A stretch of DNA of 64,000 nt from Octopus vulgaris (GCA_951406725.2 OX597820.1:13702001-13766000); one strand, 5' to 3'; shown: positions 40,650 to 55,085, counted from the first letter of the stretch. The notes: a model not told the origin generated them from the letters alone. Translations and numbers: made by a program.

Positions 40650-41582
40650 AACATACACTATTTCTGCCCCACAACCATACACACACTCACACACATGCAT
40701 ACACTCTCTCTCTCTTCCCCCATACACACACACATACACATTCTTTTTCTCCACATCCATCATACTGTCTCTCTCTTTCTCATACCCCACAACACAATCA
40801 CACACACACATACACGCGCACACACACATACATGCAAACTCTCTCTCTCTCTCTCTCTCTCTCCTGCTAACACATTTTCTCCTCCTCTTCCTCCTCCTAG
40901 TCATACACCTTCCCATAATCTCCCTCTACCTCCTACCACCACCACCACCACATAACCCTGTCATCTTCCTTTTTTCCCTTCTTTCCATACATTTTTTCCT
41001 TCATCTTCCTCATTTTCCTTCACTAAACATACAAACCATTCTTTCTTTCTCTCGGTCTGTTTTCCTTCTCTTTCTTTCCCTCTCTCTTTCTTTCCCTTCA
41101 CAGCCATACTCCTTCTTTCTCTATCTCTCTTTCTTTCTCTCTCTCCACAATTGTATTCAGTCTCTTTTTCTCTCTCACTCTCTCTGTCTCTCTCTCTCTC
41201 TTTCACACACACACATACTTTCCCTCACCTACACCCTCAAATAACCCCTTCACTAACTACCTCTTTCTCCCTATTACCCTCCCTCTCTCCCTCTCCTCCT
41301 CAATCTCCTTCCCTCCCTCTCTCACACGCACATACACATTCTTCTCCTCACCCCCACACTCTATTAACCCCTTCACTACCTCACTCCCTATCACACTCTC
41401 CCTCTCCCTTCCTCTCTCTCTCTCCCTCAGACTCCCAGATCCTTCTCCTCACCCTTCACCCTCCAATACCACCCCTTTCTCAATCACCCCACTCTGGGCC
41501 CTCACCACAATTCCTTGTCCTCCCCACACACCCACACACCCCACATCAACAACCTGCTATGGCAGTGGGGGAGGGAACTTAG

Positions 41583-41643
<61 letters not shown>

Positions 41644-42000
41644 TCTTTCTCTTCTTCCCCTTCAGCCATCACCACTATCATCACCATCATCCTCGTCATC
41701 ATTATCGTTATCATCATCATCATCATCATCATCATCGCTACCACCATAAGCAAATGCATTAGCATCACTCCACCACCACTACCACTACTACCAACATCGT
41801 CATCACCATCACTATCACCACCACCACCACTACCACCAACACCACCACATCATCATCATCATCACTGCCATCACCACCAACATCACCACCACCATCATCA
41901 TCACCAGCACCGTCATCATCGTCATCACTATCACCACCACCACCACATCATCATCATCATCACCACCATCACCACCACCAACATCACCACCACCAACATC

Positions 42001-42034
<34 letters not shown>

Positions 42035-42074
42035 TCATCATCACCATCACCACCACCATCACCACCACCAACAA

Positions 42075-42106
<32 letters not shown>

Positions 42107-42888
42107 TCACCATCACCAGCACCATCATCATCATCATCACTCCATCATCACCACCACTGCCACCACCACCATCATCAAACATCACCATCATCATCATCAA
42201 CACTGCTCATATGCTCATCATCATCATCATCATCGTCATCATCACCATCACCACCATCATTATCACTTCACTACTGCAACCATCACCCACACCCACCGCT
42301 GCCACCACCACCACCACCCCCAACATACATATACTGTTGCGGCTTTCATTTTTTATTTTTGTCTTTGTAGTTGTTGATGCTGTTGTTGCTGTTGTTGTCA
42401 CCTTCATCAGTGACACCCCCCCGCCGACTCCATCTCCTCCTCCCTCTCTCCCTCCCTCCCTCTGACCCACATATTTCCCCCCTCTTGTATTTCTTACCTC
42501 CTGCTGCTCCTCTTTACTCCCGCAAAAACCATATCGCTCCTCCCACTCTCACACTCACACTCACTCTCTCTCTCTCTCTCTCTCTCTCATCTCTCATCCA
42601 TGACCACACACACATTCACACTCACACACTCACACACACGCTCGCGTGCACCTCCTCCTTCTACTCCTCCTCACCCCTCCTCCCACCACCACCACCACCA
42701 CCACCACATTTCATCATGAACTAACAACAGGAAACAATTTATAGAGCAATCATATTAGGTAAGAGCCTGCCATTCATTCATTCTCTCTTCCTTCCTTCCT
42801 TCCTTCCTTCCTTCCTTTCTTTCTTTCTTTCTTCCGATTCTGGTTGTTCTTGCTATTGTTGCTGTTGTTGTAGAAGAAATGGTATGGC

Positions 42889-42919
<31 letters not shown>

Positions 42920-43209
42920 CAGAGAGTGGGGGGTGGAAAAAGGGAAAGAGAGCCAACAGGCAAGTTAGTGGCGAAGGACCCCCACCCCCACCCCAGCACA
43001 CACACATACACCCCACCCCCGGGGGTGAGGGTAGGGGTAGGGAATTGTTGTTGCCATGGAAGCACTTGTACCAAGGGACCTACAAGCCTTGGTAAACATT
43101 GACAAAAATTACATAAAAACAATAGACTATATACGTGTGTGTGTGTGTGTGTATGTGTGTGTGTGTCAGTGAGTGTATGTGTGTATGAGAGTGTGAGTAT
43201 ATATATATA

Positions 43210-43283
<74 letters not shown>

Positions 43284-43291
43284 CATATGTA

Positions 43292-43332
<41 letters not shown>

Positions 43333-43369
43333 GTATCTGTATATATATATATATATATACACATATGTA

Positions 43370-43410
<41 letters not shown>

Positions 43411-43413
43411 GTA

Positions 43414-43452
<39 letters not shown>

Positions 43453-43477
43453 GCATATATATCTATATATTTATAAA

Positions 43478-43514
<37 letters not shown>

Positions 43515-43539
43515 GCATGTATGTATGATGTATATGTAT

Positions 43540-43586
<47 letters not shown>

Positions 43587-44026
43587 AATGACAGACAGGA
43601 GAGACTCAATGTATGGGTGGGTGGGGGTGTTTGTGTGTGTCTGTCTGTGTGAAGTGTGTGTGTGTGTATGTATAACTATATGTGTGTGTGTCAATGAGTG
43701 TATGTGCATGTGAGTGTGTGTGTGTATATATAAACACACACACACACAAATATATATAATTGACAGAGAAGGAGAGACTCAGTGTGTGGATGCATGTGCA
43801 TGGCTGTGTATGTAAGAGAGGAAGATTTAAAGTATACGAGGGGGAGAGGGGGAGAGAGATTGTGAGTGTGTGTGTGTGTGTGTGTATACATCTGTGAGTG
43901 TATGTATACGCTTGTGAGTATGTATATGTATACAAGCGAGAACGAGGGAGGAAATGTATGTGTGTGTGTGTGTGTGAAAGGGTGCATGTGTACAAGCGAG
44001 AGTAAGTGTATAGACATGTGTATGCA

Positions 44027-44068
<42 letters not shown>

Positions 44069-44317
44069 TGTGTATGTATGTATGTACATGTATGAATCAA
44101 TGTGATACAGTCGTAATTGACTATACACACCACCGAAATTTAGGATCCCCTGTGCCTCTGTTAAAAATCAATATACACACTTATATATACATATAATTGT
44201 ATATTCATATATGAATGTATGTATGTATATGTACATATTATGTACAGATGCGTATGACGATAAAACGTGAGTTTATACATATATATATATGTGTGTGTAT
44301 GTGTGTGTGTGCATGTG

Positions 44318-44358
<41 letters not shown>

Positions 44359-44480
44359 CACATAAAGAGAGAGAGAGGGGTGTGTAAAGTGGTAGATAGA
44401 TGGATTAGTTGATACATGCACAGTTTGTGTACATACTAATCTATGTATATTTGTACAAATGGGCTTCTAGAAAGGGGTGG

Positions 44481-44546
<66 letters not shown>

Positions 44547-44834
44547 ACACACCACATACACTCTCACACCAGTATATAGATGGAGTGAAAGGTAGACAGC
44601 TATTCATCTATATACGTTCACAAGAACATAAACACACATTATCATGCGTTTGTGTGTGTGTGCATGCATACACATACATCCATTTATATACATATGTACA
44701 CACACACACACATATATATATATAAATAAGCATATAAATGCATGTATGTTCATGTGTGTGTATGTATGTATACATAGATAGCTATATAGATATATATGTA
44801 TACACATATATACAAATGCACACATACGTTCATG

Positions 44835-44867
<33 letters not shown>

Positions 44868-46650
44868 ATGTATATATATATATATGTATATATATAAACA
44901 CACACACCTGCTTATATTTGTGTAAACATACACAACACACACAGTGTGTATGTTGTGTGGGAAAAGAGAGGGAGAGAGAGAGAGAGAGGGACCCAGATCC
45001 AAAGAAGAGAGGATATATACATTAAAACAGTTCAAACAAGAGTTAACTACTGCTATCCAACCCTTAACACATTCGCCACCGCCACCCACCACGACCACCA
45101 CCACCACCACCACCAGCACCATCGCCATTACTACCACCATCATCATAATTACTACCACTACCATCACCACCATCACCACCACCGTCCCCACCATCATCAT
45201 CATCACCATCATCACCACCATCACCATCACTACTATCATCATCATCATCATCACCATTATTATCACCAGCATCACCACAGTCGTCATCATCACCTCCACC
45301 AGCATCACCACCATCATCATCATCTTCATCACCACCACCATCATCACCATCATCAACACCATCACCATCATCACCATCATTAACACCACCACCACCATCA
45401 CTGCCACTACCACCACCACCACTACCATCATCATCACCACCACCGTCACCACCATCATCATCATCATCATCCTCATCACTTTCACCACCACCACCACCAC
45501 CATCATCACCGCCCACCACCACCACCATCATCATCCCTACCACCATCACCACCACTGCCACCACCATCATCATCATCCTCATCACCACCACCACCACCAG
45601 CAACTAATCTCGGCTACCATTCGTACAATTATTCTTCCAACGAGGGGAGGGGTGGAAAAATAAGAATAGAGGTGGAGAGAAGGGCTCAGGGTGGGAAATT
45701 CGAGGTAAAGCCGAATGCACCAAAGTGAAACATCATACATTTTGCATGTGTTGTTTTGTGTTGTTTGTTTGTTTGCTTTTGTGCTGTTTTTTTTTTTTTT
45801 TTAATGTTTGGTTTGCACTGAGATTTCCTTTGAAGATGCTTCTAACGAAGAATTGGAAACATAAAACTTAAGAAATATTTAAATAAAAGACAAAGAAAGT
45901 CTATGAAATGAATTAAAGTTAAAATGAGAAAAATAGAATTAGAATAAATAAATAAAAATTTTGAGTGTGGTGGTGTGAGTAAGTGCTTTGCAAGCCCAAC
46001 CGTGTGGCCTTGAGTTCCGTCCCAGTTAGCAGCAGCTTGAGTAAATGTGCTCTGCTATAGCCCTGGGACCAACCAATGCCTTGTCAGTGGATTTCGTAGT
46101 TGGAAACTGGAAGAAGATATCGTGTGTGTGTGTGAGTGAATGTGTGTGTGTCTGAGTGTGTGAGAATGTGTGTGTGTTTGTGTGTGTGTATGAGAGTGTA
46201 AGAGAATGTGTATGTGTGTGTGAGTGTGTGAGAATGTATGTGTGTGTGAGTGTGTGAGAATGTATGTGTGTGTGTTTGTGTGCATGAGTGTGAGAATGTG
46301 TGTGTGTTTGTGTATGAGAGTGTAGGAGAATGTGTATGTGTGTGTTTGTGTGTGAGTGTGTGAGAATGTGTGTATGTGTGAGAGTGTGAGAATGTGTATG
46401 TATGTGTGTTTATGTGTGTGAGAATGTGTGTGTGTTTTTGTGTTCGTGTGTGTGAGAATGTGCGTGTGTGTTTGTGAGTGTGTGTGTGGGTGAGAGAGAA
46501 TGTGTTTGTGTGTGAGAATGTGTGTGTGTGAGAATGTGTATGTGTGAGTGTGTGTGTGTGTGTGAGAGAATGTGTATGTGTGTTTGTGTGTGTGAGAATG
46601 TGTGTGTGTTAGTGTGTGTGAGAGAGAGAGAGAGAGAAAGAGAGAGTGAG

Positions 46651-47009
46651 AGATCAGACGTAGTTTTGTGGTCTGAAAAGGCAAGGAAAATAATCTTGAT
46701 GGAGCTTACAGTCCCATGGGAAGAATGATGTGATCAGGCCCTTAAATGGAAGTGAACCAAGCATGAGGACCTTTCTGTAAGACTGCATGGAGAAGGAATG
46801 GCAGTCATGGCTCTCTCCCCAGTCAAGCTTGTCGTAGGGCATTCCCTGCCTAGTTGGTATGAAAGATGCTTACAACCATTGGGGTGAGAGGAAAAGAGCA
46901 AAGAGTCACTGGGCGCAAGATGGGAGAGGCAGCTGAAGGCACCTCTAGTTGGTTATGGAGCAAGAGAAAGGACTTAAGCTGGAAACCAGAAAGAGATGAT
47001 GAGCAGTGA
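46651..47009 (+). mobile_element. Restriction-like endonuclease C-terminus of a Hero/R2-group non-LTR retrotransposon (dead)
   Basis: Reads RSDVVLWSEKARKIILMELTVPWEE*...K*TKHEDL...C...W..W...AAEGTSSWLW, matching RPD.V....ELTVPWEE...K..KY..L. Several stops and frameshifts. Confidence 0.8.
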
Positions 47010-47020
47010 TTTGGCCACCT

Positions 47021-47379
47021 CAGTTCTTTGAGCCACTTCTTCACTACAGCTTTCAATTATTCGTCACTGGAATAATGTTTGTCTCTCAAACCCTCTTTCG
47101 TGGCGCCGAAGAGATGATAGTCTGAAGACGCTAAATCTGGTGAGTGTGGGGGTAGTGAAGAAGTGGCTAAAAGAACAGTCAACAGAATTTTACGGGGCAG
47201 GGATACATGCTCTCATTTGAAGGTAGAACATTGCTATTGAGAGAAACGGCGACTATATTGAGAATTAGGGATGTGATCCACAGAGGACCAGCTTCATTTT
47301 GATGTGTGATACATGTTCCTGTGTTGGTAATTATAGCTGTCCTAAACAAAATGGCTTAACTTTTTGACTTGCCCTTGTA
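47021..47379. mobile_element. Mariner transposase 3' remnant with internal inversion and right TIR
   Basis: Minus 47151 to 47021 reads PPHSPDLASSDYHLFGATKEGLRDKHYSSDE*LKAVVKKWLKE. Plus 47152 onward reads VVKKWLKEQSTEFYGAGIHALI*R*NIAIERNGDYIEN*. Ends actttttgacttgcccttg-ta. Confidence 0.85.
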
Positions 47380-48379
47380 TATCATGGATTCCTCAGTACA
47401 TCCAGGTTTCTGCGGTCAGTCAGTATTTATATTTTTTTAGATTTTAATTATTTCTGTGGGAGGTTTTGGCATGTAACATCCGCAACAGTCAAGGGATGTT
47501 TGTATAAGAAATTTGCATCATAGAGCCAGAAGCGGTCTCAGGTAGGTTGGTATCAAAAATATATAATGTTTTTCAGAATGATGGAAAATTGTTACCAAAA
47601 AGGGCTTGTCCCTTACATCACCATTTCAGTAACTGGTATGTAAGATCTGTATTTCTCCAACAAAATGATTAACTTTTCAAAACCTAATGAATACTTAAAG
47701 TCAAATAATGCCAGCCAATGAAAAACAACAACCCTTACTGGGCATTCAAGGTCCAACATAATCTTTTCTACTCGAGGCATAAAGCCCAAAATTTGGGGAG
47801 AGGGCCAGTTGAATAGATCGACCCCAGTATGCAACTGGTACTTTATTTATCGACCCCGAAAGGATGAAAGGCAAAGTCAACCTCTTAGAATTTGAACTCA
47901 GGATGTAAAGACAGACGAAATACCGTTAAGTATTTTGCCCAGCATGCTAACGTTTCTTATTTCTTTACTGCCCACAAGGGGCTAAACATAGAGGGGACAA
48001 ACAAGGACAGACAAACGGATTAAGTCAATTACATCGACCCCAGTGTGTAACTGGTACTTAATTTATCGACCTGGAAGGGATGAAAGCAAAGTCGATCTCG
48101 GCGGAATTTGAACTCAGAATGTAACAGCAGACAAAATACCTCTAAGCGTGCTAACATTTCTGCCAGCTTGCTGCCTTATTCAAGGTCCAACAAAATATAT
48201 TATGAATATGTTACATCCAGCACAAACATCAGAAGACCAAATATGCAAGGTCAAACAACACTTAACAACTAAGGTTAACACATCACAAGACATTCAAGGT
48301 CACACTTCCAAGGTCACATTTTCAAGGTCATTCTTTCAAATATGATGCCAACCACAAGTTTGATTTTATATGACTGACA

Positions 48380-48830
48380 AAGTCAGATATTACACCATTC
48401 TGAAAGTTTAAGAAGCTAGTGACCCACAAGGGCAAAGATTCATCAATGTCACATTGACCTCGAATCTACACACCAAAGGTCATATTACATTTCCCAAGGT
48501 CAAATATTGCACCATTCTGAAAGTTTAAAAAATCAGTGACCTGCAAGGTCAAAAACATCATTGAAGGTCAAATGTCACACTGCATTCAAATCCACTTAGC
48601 ATTCAACTCACATTGCCATCAAATATCTTACAGAACACCCCAGGTCAAATATCACACTGTTTTCAAAGTTTAAGAAAAATAATGACCTCTCAAGGTCAAA
48701 GTTTTGTCATTAAAGGTCAAATGTCTCTCTGCACTCAAATCTAATCACCAATCAACTTGCAAAGTCAAACCATACATTGATTTTTTTTTTTTAAATAAAC
48801 AATGACCCTCAAGGTTAAATCTTCAATAAC
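48380..48830. repeat. Diverged tandem repeat, about 4 units of 115-145 bp, rich in AAGGTCA
   Basis: Recurring gtca(a/g)atat...cac..tt.t.aaagtttaa.aa....tgacc...caagg(t)caaa. Confidence 0.75.
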
Positions 48831-50053
48831 AAAAGCCAAACAAAACCTGCACATTTTGTCAAACCCACACTTGGCGTTTAACTTCTTAGACATCATTTGA
48901 TATTAAAGTATTGAAAATTACCAGACAATCAAAGTCATCAAATACTGAGCACAAAAAAGGGTACTCAACCCAAAAGCTCAATTAATATTTGGGTGTGAAT
49001 ATCAAATAGTACTTTGAACTGCATGTATGTATGTGTGTATGTGTTTGTATGTTTATAAGTATGTATGCCTGCATGTATGTGTGTATGTATGTATGTGTGT
49101 GTGTATGTATGTATGTGTGTGTGTATGTATGTATGTATGTATGTATGTGTGTAAGTATATGTGTGTGTGTATGTATGTATGTATATAAGTATGTATGTAT
49201 GTATGTATGTGTGTGTATGTATGTGTATGTATGTGTGTATGTGTGTGTATGTATGTATATATGTATGTATGTATCTGTATGTGTATGTATGTATGTGTGT
49301 AAGTATGTATGTATGTATGTATGTATGTATGTATCTGTGTGTGTGTGTGTGTATGTATGTATTTATGTATGTACGTATTTGTATGTTTATATATACATCT
49401 TTGTATGTTTGTGTGTAAGTATATATGTATGTGTGTGTATGTATGTGTGTATGTATGTATGTGTGTATGTATGTATGTAAGTATGTATGTATATATGTAT
49501 GTATGTATCTGTATGTGTATGTATGTATGTATGTATGTATGTATGTATGTATGTATGTATGTATGTGTATGTATGTATGTGTGTATGTGTGTAAGTATGT
49601 ATGTATGTATGTATCTGTGTGTATGTATGTGTGTATGTACGCATGTACGTATGTATGTATGTATGTATGTATGTATGTATGTATGTGTTTGTATGTTTAT
49701 ATATATATGTTTGTATGCTTGTCTGTAAGTATGTATGCCTGCATGTATGTGCGTAAATATGTATGTATGTATGTATGTTTACTAAACAAAGGTAACTATC
49801 ATTCAAAAGAGATCACTCGTTAGTCAACATTCAGCATCTCACACTACCCAATAAATATTCAGTACTCAAGTTACTCAACTGCTTAATGCTCAATTTCCCA
49901 TTACACAATATTCGAGGTCACTTTTTATTCAATACTAAATCTCACCTTCCATTCAACAGAGATGGTCACATAATTCTTGACATGCAAAGCCAACCTCTAA
50001 TCAACATTCAATAACACATCCACTTCAAGACTCAGTTACTTACTACTCACGAT

Positions 50054-51060
50054 TCAAGGTCATTCACTTCTCAAGGTCATCCTCTTCTTATGATTCAAGG
50101 TCATCCTCTTCTTATGATTCAAGGTCATCCTCTTCTTATGATTCAAGGTCAGTCTCTTTTCAAGATTCAAGGTCACTCATTCCTCTAAATTCAAGGTCAC
50201 TAATTTTTGAGGTCTAACGGTCAAACACTTAATAATTAAGGTCACCCACTTCACAAAGCTCAAGGTCACCAATCATCTAGAATCAATGTCACCAGCTTCC
50301 CAAGACTCAAACACTTAATAATTAAGGTCACCAACCTTCCAAGACTCAAAGTCATCTACTATCCAAGATTCAAGATCACCAACTTCACAAGACTCAAGGT
50401 CACTTATAGTCACCCACTAAGACTCACATCACTCGTTTCACAAGACTCAAGGTCACTCATTCTTCCAGACTCAAAGTCACTTCTTAAAACTCAATGACAC
50501 TTCCTAAGATTCAAGGTCACTTCCTAAGACTCAAGGTCGCTTCCCAAAACTCAAGGTCACTTCCTAATACTCAAGGTCACTCCCTAAAACTCAAGGTCAC
50601 TCCCTATGATTCAATGTCACTTCCTAAGACTTAATATCAATTCCTAAAACTCAAGGTCACTTCCTAAGACTCAAAGTCACTTCCTAAGCCTCAAGGTCAC
50701 TTCGGAAGACTCAAAGTCACTTGCTAAAACTTAAAATCACTTGCTAAAACTCAAGGTCACTCCCTAAAACTCAAGGTCACTCCCTAAAATTTAAAGTCAC
50801 TCCCTAAGATTCAAGGTCACTTTCTAAAACTCAAGGTTACTCCCTAAGATTCAATGTCACTCTTAAGATTCGATGTCACTTCCTAAGACTCAAGGTCACT
50901 TCCTAAAACTCAAGGTCACTTCCTAAGACTCAAGGTCACTTCCTAAAACTCAAGGTCACTTCCTAAGACTCAATGTCACTTCCTAAGACTCAATGTCACT
51001 TCCTAAGACTCAAGGTCGCTTTCTAAGATTCATGGTCCTTTCCTAAGACTCAAGGTCACT
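50054..51060 (+). repeat. TCAAGGTCA-containing minisatellite: 24-bp units (about 50071-50200), then about 30 units of 20 bp (50471-51060)
   Basis: 24-mer tcaaggtcatcctcttcttatgat and 20-mer tcaaggtcacttcctaa(g/a)ac. Confidence 0.95.
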
Positions 51061-51582
51061 TACTTTACAACACTCAATGTACCCACTATTCATATACCCA
51101 AGGCCACCCATTCCACTATACTGTAGGTCATGTCTCAAGACTCAAGGTCGCTCACTTCCCAAGATGCAATATGCCCTGCTTTTCATTCCACAGTCATCCA
51201 TCAAGTAAGACTCTGCCCTATTCACAAAAGAATACTTAATGAAGTAAAGAATAGCCTTTCAAGGTCGATAAATTAAGTACCAGTGAAATACTGGGGTCGA
51301 TGTAATCGACTACTCTCCCCCTTCCAAAAATTTCCTATCTTGTGCCTCTGGAAGAAAGGATTATTATCGTTATTATTCCCAACACAGTGACCTGGCCGGA
51401 TCATTAGCACATCAGATAAAATGCTTAGCAACATTTTGTCTTTACATTCGGAGTTCAAATACCGCCAAAGTCAGCTTTGCCTTTCATCCTTTCTGGGCCA
51501 ATAAAATAAATACCAATGTAATCCTTTTAACCCCTCCGCAAAATTACTGCCCTAGTGTCAAAATTTGAAACCTTTACTATCA

Positions 51583-51620
<38 letters not shown>

Positions 51621-51636
51621 GTACTATTATTAGTGA

Positions 51637-52186
51637 CAGAGCAGTGCAAGCCATCAAAGTGACACTGAAATATAATTATATGAAGCCAAATATACCCATC
51701 ATAACTACCCGTCTGATAAGGGTACACCAGGCACATGCATCACAACCATATGTGCATGACATGGTGATCTTATATCAAGATAAACAGTGCATGACTTTGC
51801 AGGTAGGGCCCAGTTAGAATTTTCTTCAGGTCACGTAGCTCATCCCACTCAAAAGGTCCCTGAATAAGGGTTGTTTGAGGATGATAAAAGAAACACCCAA
51901 GTTTTGCAGGGGTGAATTATTCAAACCCCAAAGAATCCCTCTCAACACTTGGCTATGATGCTCCCCCACTACTTCTGCTCATGATCAGAGATGCACATAT
52001 CGTCGGCCACCAAGGAACATGCTCAACTGGTTAAGGTCAAACAACTGACAAGCAAATCTGTGGTATTGAATAGAATATTTGCCGCAACCCATCTTTTATA
52101 CCAAGACAAAACAATGTACATGATAACACTTCCAATCAGTTAAGATCAGAAGCCATGAGAATCACTGCCTGGTACTGCATCAGGGC

Positions 52187-52190
<4 letters not shown>
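51637..52190 (-). mobile_element. ~560-bp non-coding interspersed element in (TAA)n
   Basis: Reverse complement of the 58259-58817 and 60523-61082 copies, with the same two ends. Strand is relative to those copies. Confidence 0.8.
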
Positions 52191-52243
<53 letters not shown>

Positions 52244-52862
52244 TATTATTATTACATCATTACTCAAAATAACCAAGGAATCCTGGGTCACCACAGGACC
52301 CTTTTCACAGCCACTCAACTTGCTAAAAACGGCAGCTATAGCATATTTCCCCAAAATCCCAATGACACGTAGCACAATGAATGTAGCCCTACATCATCAT
52401 CATCATCATCATCATCATTTAACGTCCACTTTTCCATCCCTGCATGGGTTCGACAGAGTTTATTAAGGTGGATTTACTACGGTTGGATGCCCTTCCTGTC
52501 ACCGAAAAAGACAGGATGGTCATAGCTGGGTATGGATGGAATTTCTTTGGTCAGAAGTCTACTGTAGCAGGAGCAGGCTCAGGGTTAAATGACAACAACA
52601 GAAACCACCACTACCACCACCATCACCACCCACATCATGAAATTTCTAAAGCCCTTATAAAACATGAACGATGAGACAAAGACATTAATATTAACATTCT
52701 TATTCAACACATTATTGATGATGATGATGATCATGATGAAGTATAAACCCCTGGTCTGTCCCGGCTGAGTAAATCTACACACTGAAATCGAATTATGATC
52801 ATATGGTTGTTGTTTTGCTTCGGCACAAAGTACCCCAGCCTATATTACCCAATGGTCACTAC

Positions 52863-53491
<629 letters not shown>

Positions 53492-54094
53492 AGAACATGA
53501 ATTTCGATTAAGTTGCCAACACAAGACAGATTGTAATGCGATAACTGACAGCTAACAAAACAAACAACGGAAAACAATAGAGAACGGATATCAGTTTGCT
53601 AGGAAGAGCTGAGAGGTTACAAGTTCAATCTCGGCCTCTGGCACACTGTCCGCCTTATGGGTATGACACATAACTCTCCTTGGCTCAGAATCAACATCGG
53701 TGAAAATTAATAGCAAAACCATATTAATTTCAAGGTTGAATGCCTACAGAACTGGCAATAAGAGCATAGGCATAGACGCGGTTGTGTGGTTAACAAGTTT
53801 GCTTACCAACCATATGGATCCAGGTTCAATATCCCAGTACAGTACTTAGAGTAAGTATCTCTCACTACAGCTCCAAACTGACCAATATTTCAGTCAATAT
53901 GAGGCTATGCTAGTAAAATTTAGTAACCAAAACTGTACAAGGTCTGTTTTATTATGTTGAATCAAAAGTTTGGCAAGATTTTGGTAACTTAGTTGCTTCT
54001 GACTGAAGCAACGTGAAATAAAGTGTCTCACTTAAGGTCACAATACATCGCCAAGAATTGAACTCACAACCTTGCAACTTACAACAAAAGCAGC

Positions 54095-54868
54095 CTAGCA
54101 TTTAAAGTAGAGGCCATAGTGTTGCATCGTCTGAAGCCACCTTTCTGCCAGTTCTTTGGTCCAATACTGATACCAGTTCTTGTCCTTTGAGGTGAAGAAC
54201 TCCTTTGCTGAACCTTCCACTTCTTGATTGATGAAGTGTTGCAAGCGCAGGACATGAGCCATGGATTGGAACAAATAATAATTCAAGGGAGTTGGGTCCA
54301 GACTGTATATTGGGTGTGAAATCTGCTCAAGTCCCTCAGGTTCCTGGAGTTTTTCTGAGTCATTCAAGTGGTATAGGGTCCTCTGTTGTCTTCCTGCAGA
54401 AGACCTCACTTTCATTTAATCAATGCCAGGTATTTCTGCCACACAATGACATACACCCATGAAATGCTAACCTCACCTGATTCTCTCTGAGAGCTACTCA
54501 CAGGATCTGTCTCTACGGTTTGGGGCGCAGTCATGGAATCTATGGTTTTAGGCCTTCCAAACCTGGCCTGATTGTTGAGTTTCTTGCAACCCATGTGAAA
54601 TTTATTGAACCATATGGTTACTGTAGTGATCAACCGTGCCTTCACCTTTCACACCACAAATGTTTTTGGTTGTTTCCACATTGTTATGGTCTAATTAGAA
54701 CTCATAAAGCGTAAATTCCCTAATTAGACTACATTGCACGTTCATTTGTGTCACTTTCAAGTCACATGGGAAGTAAAGCAATGCATGACGTGTCAGCACA
54801 CCAACTACCACAATACTACCAATCTCAGCAGGAACCTTCCATGGCTTAAACTGCTTCAGTCATGTGAT
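54095..54868 (-). mobile_element. Degenerate mariner transposase fragments
   Basis: WFNKFHMG..L....RFGRP (HTH region WF.RF..G...L.D..RSGRP) and HPIYSLDPTPLNYYLFQSM...LAERWLQ....GLYF (YSPDLAP.DY.LF region). Confidence 0.8.
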
Positions 54869-54870
54869 TA

Positions 54871-55085
54871 TAAAGGGTGGCTCAAAAGTGGGTTTAGAGT
54901 TATTCAACTATATCTTTCACATTCATATATTAACTGTTTAGATCTTAATTATAAAAGAATATGAAATCATTATTCTATGCTAATTTAGTTGATTGCAAGA
55001 TAGAAATTTAAATGTAATAAAATGTTTTAAAAGAAATTTAAAGTGCCTACGTAATAACTGTAAACCTACTTTGGGCTACCTTGTA
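54871..55085. mobile_element. Tc1/mariner-type MITE (about 215 bp)
   Basis: ta-aagggtggctcaaaagtgggtttagagttatt / aataactgtaaacctactttgggctaccttg-ta form ~32-bp imperfect TIRs with TA ends. A stray TIR piece lies at 55517-55533. Confidence 0.75.

Noticed and set aside
50471-51060. CRISPR-like appearance of the regular 20-bp array
   Set aside because: The units are contiguous with no unique spacers, there are no cas genes, and the context is eukaryotic.
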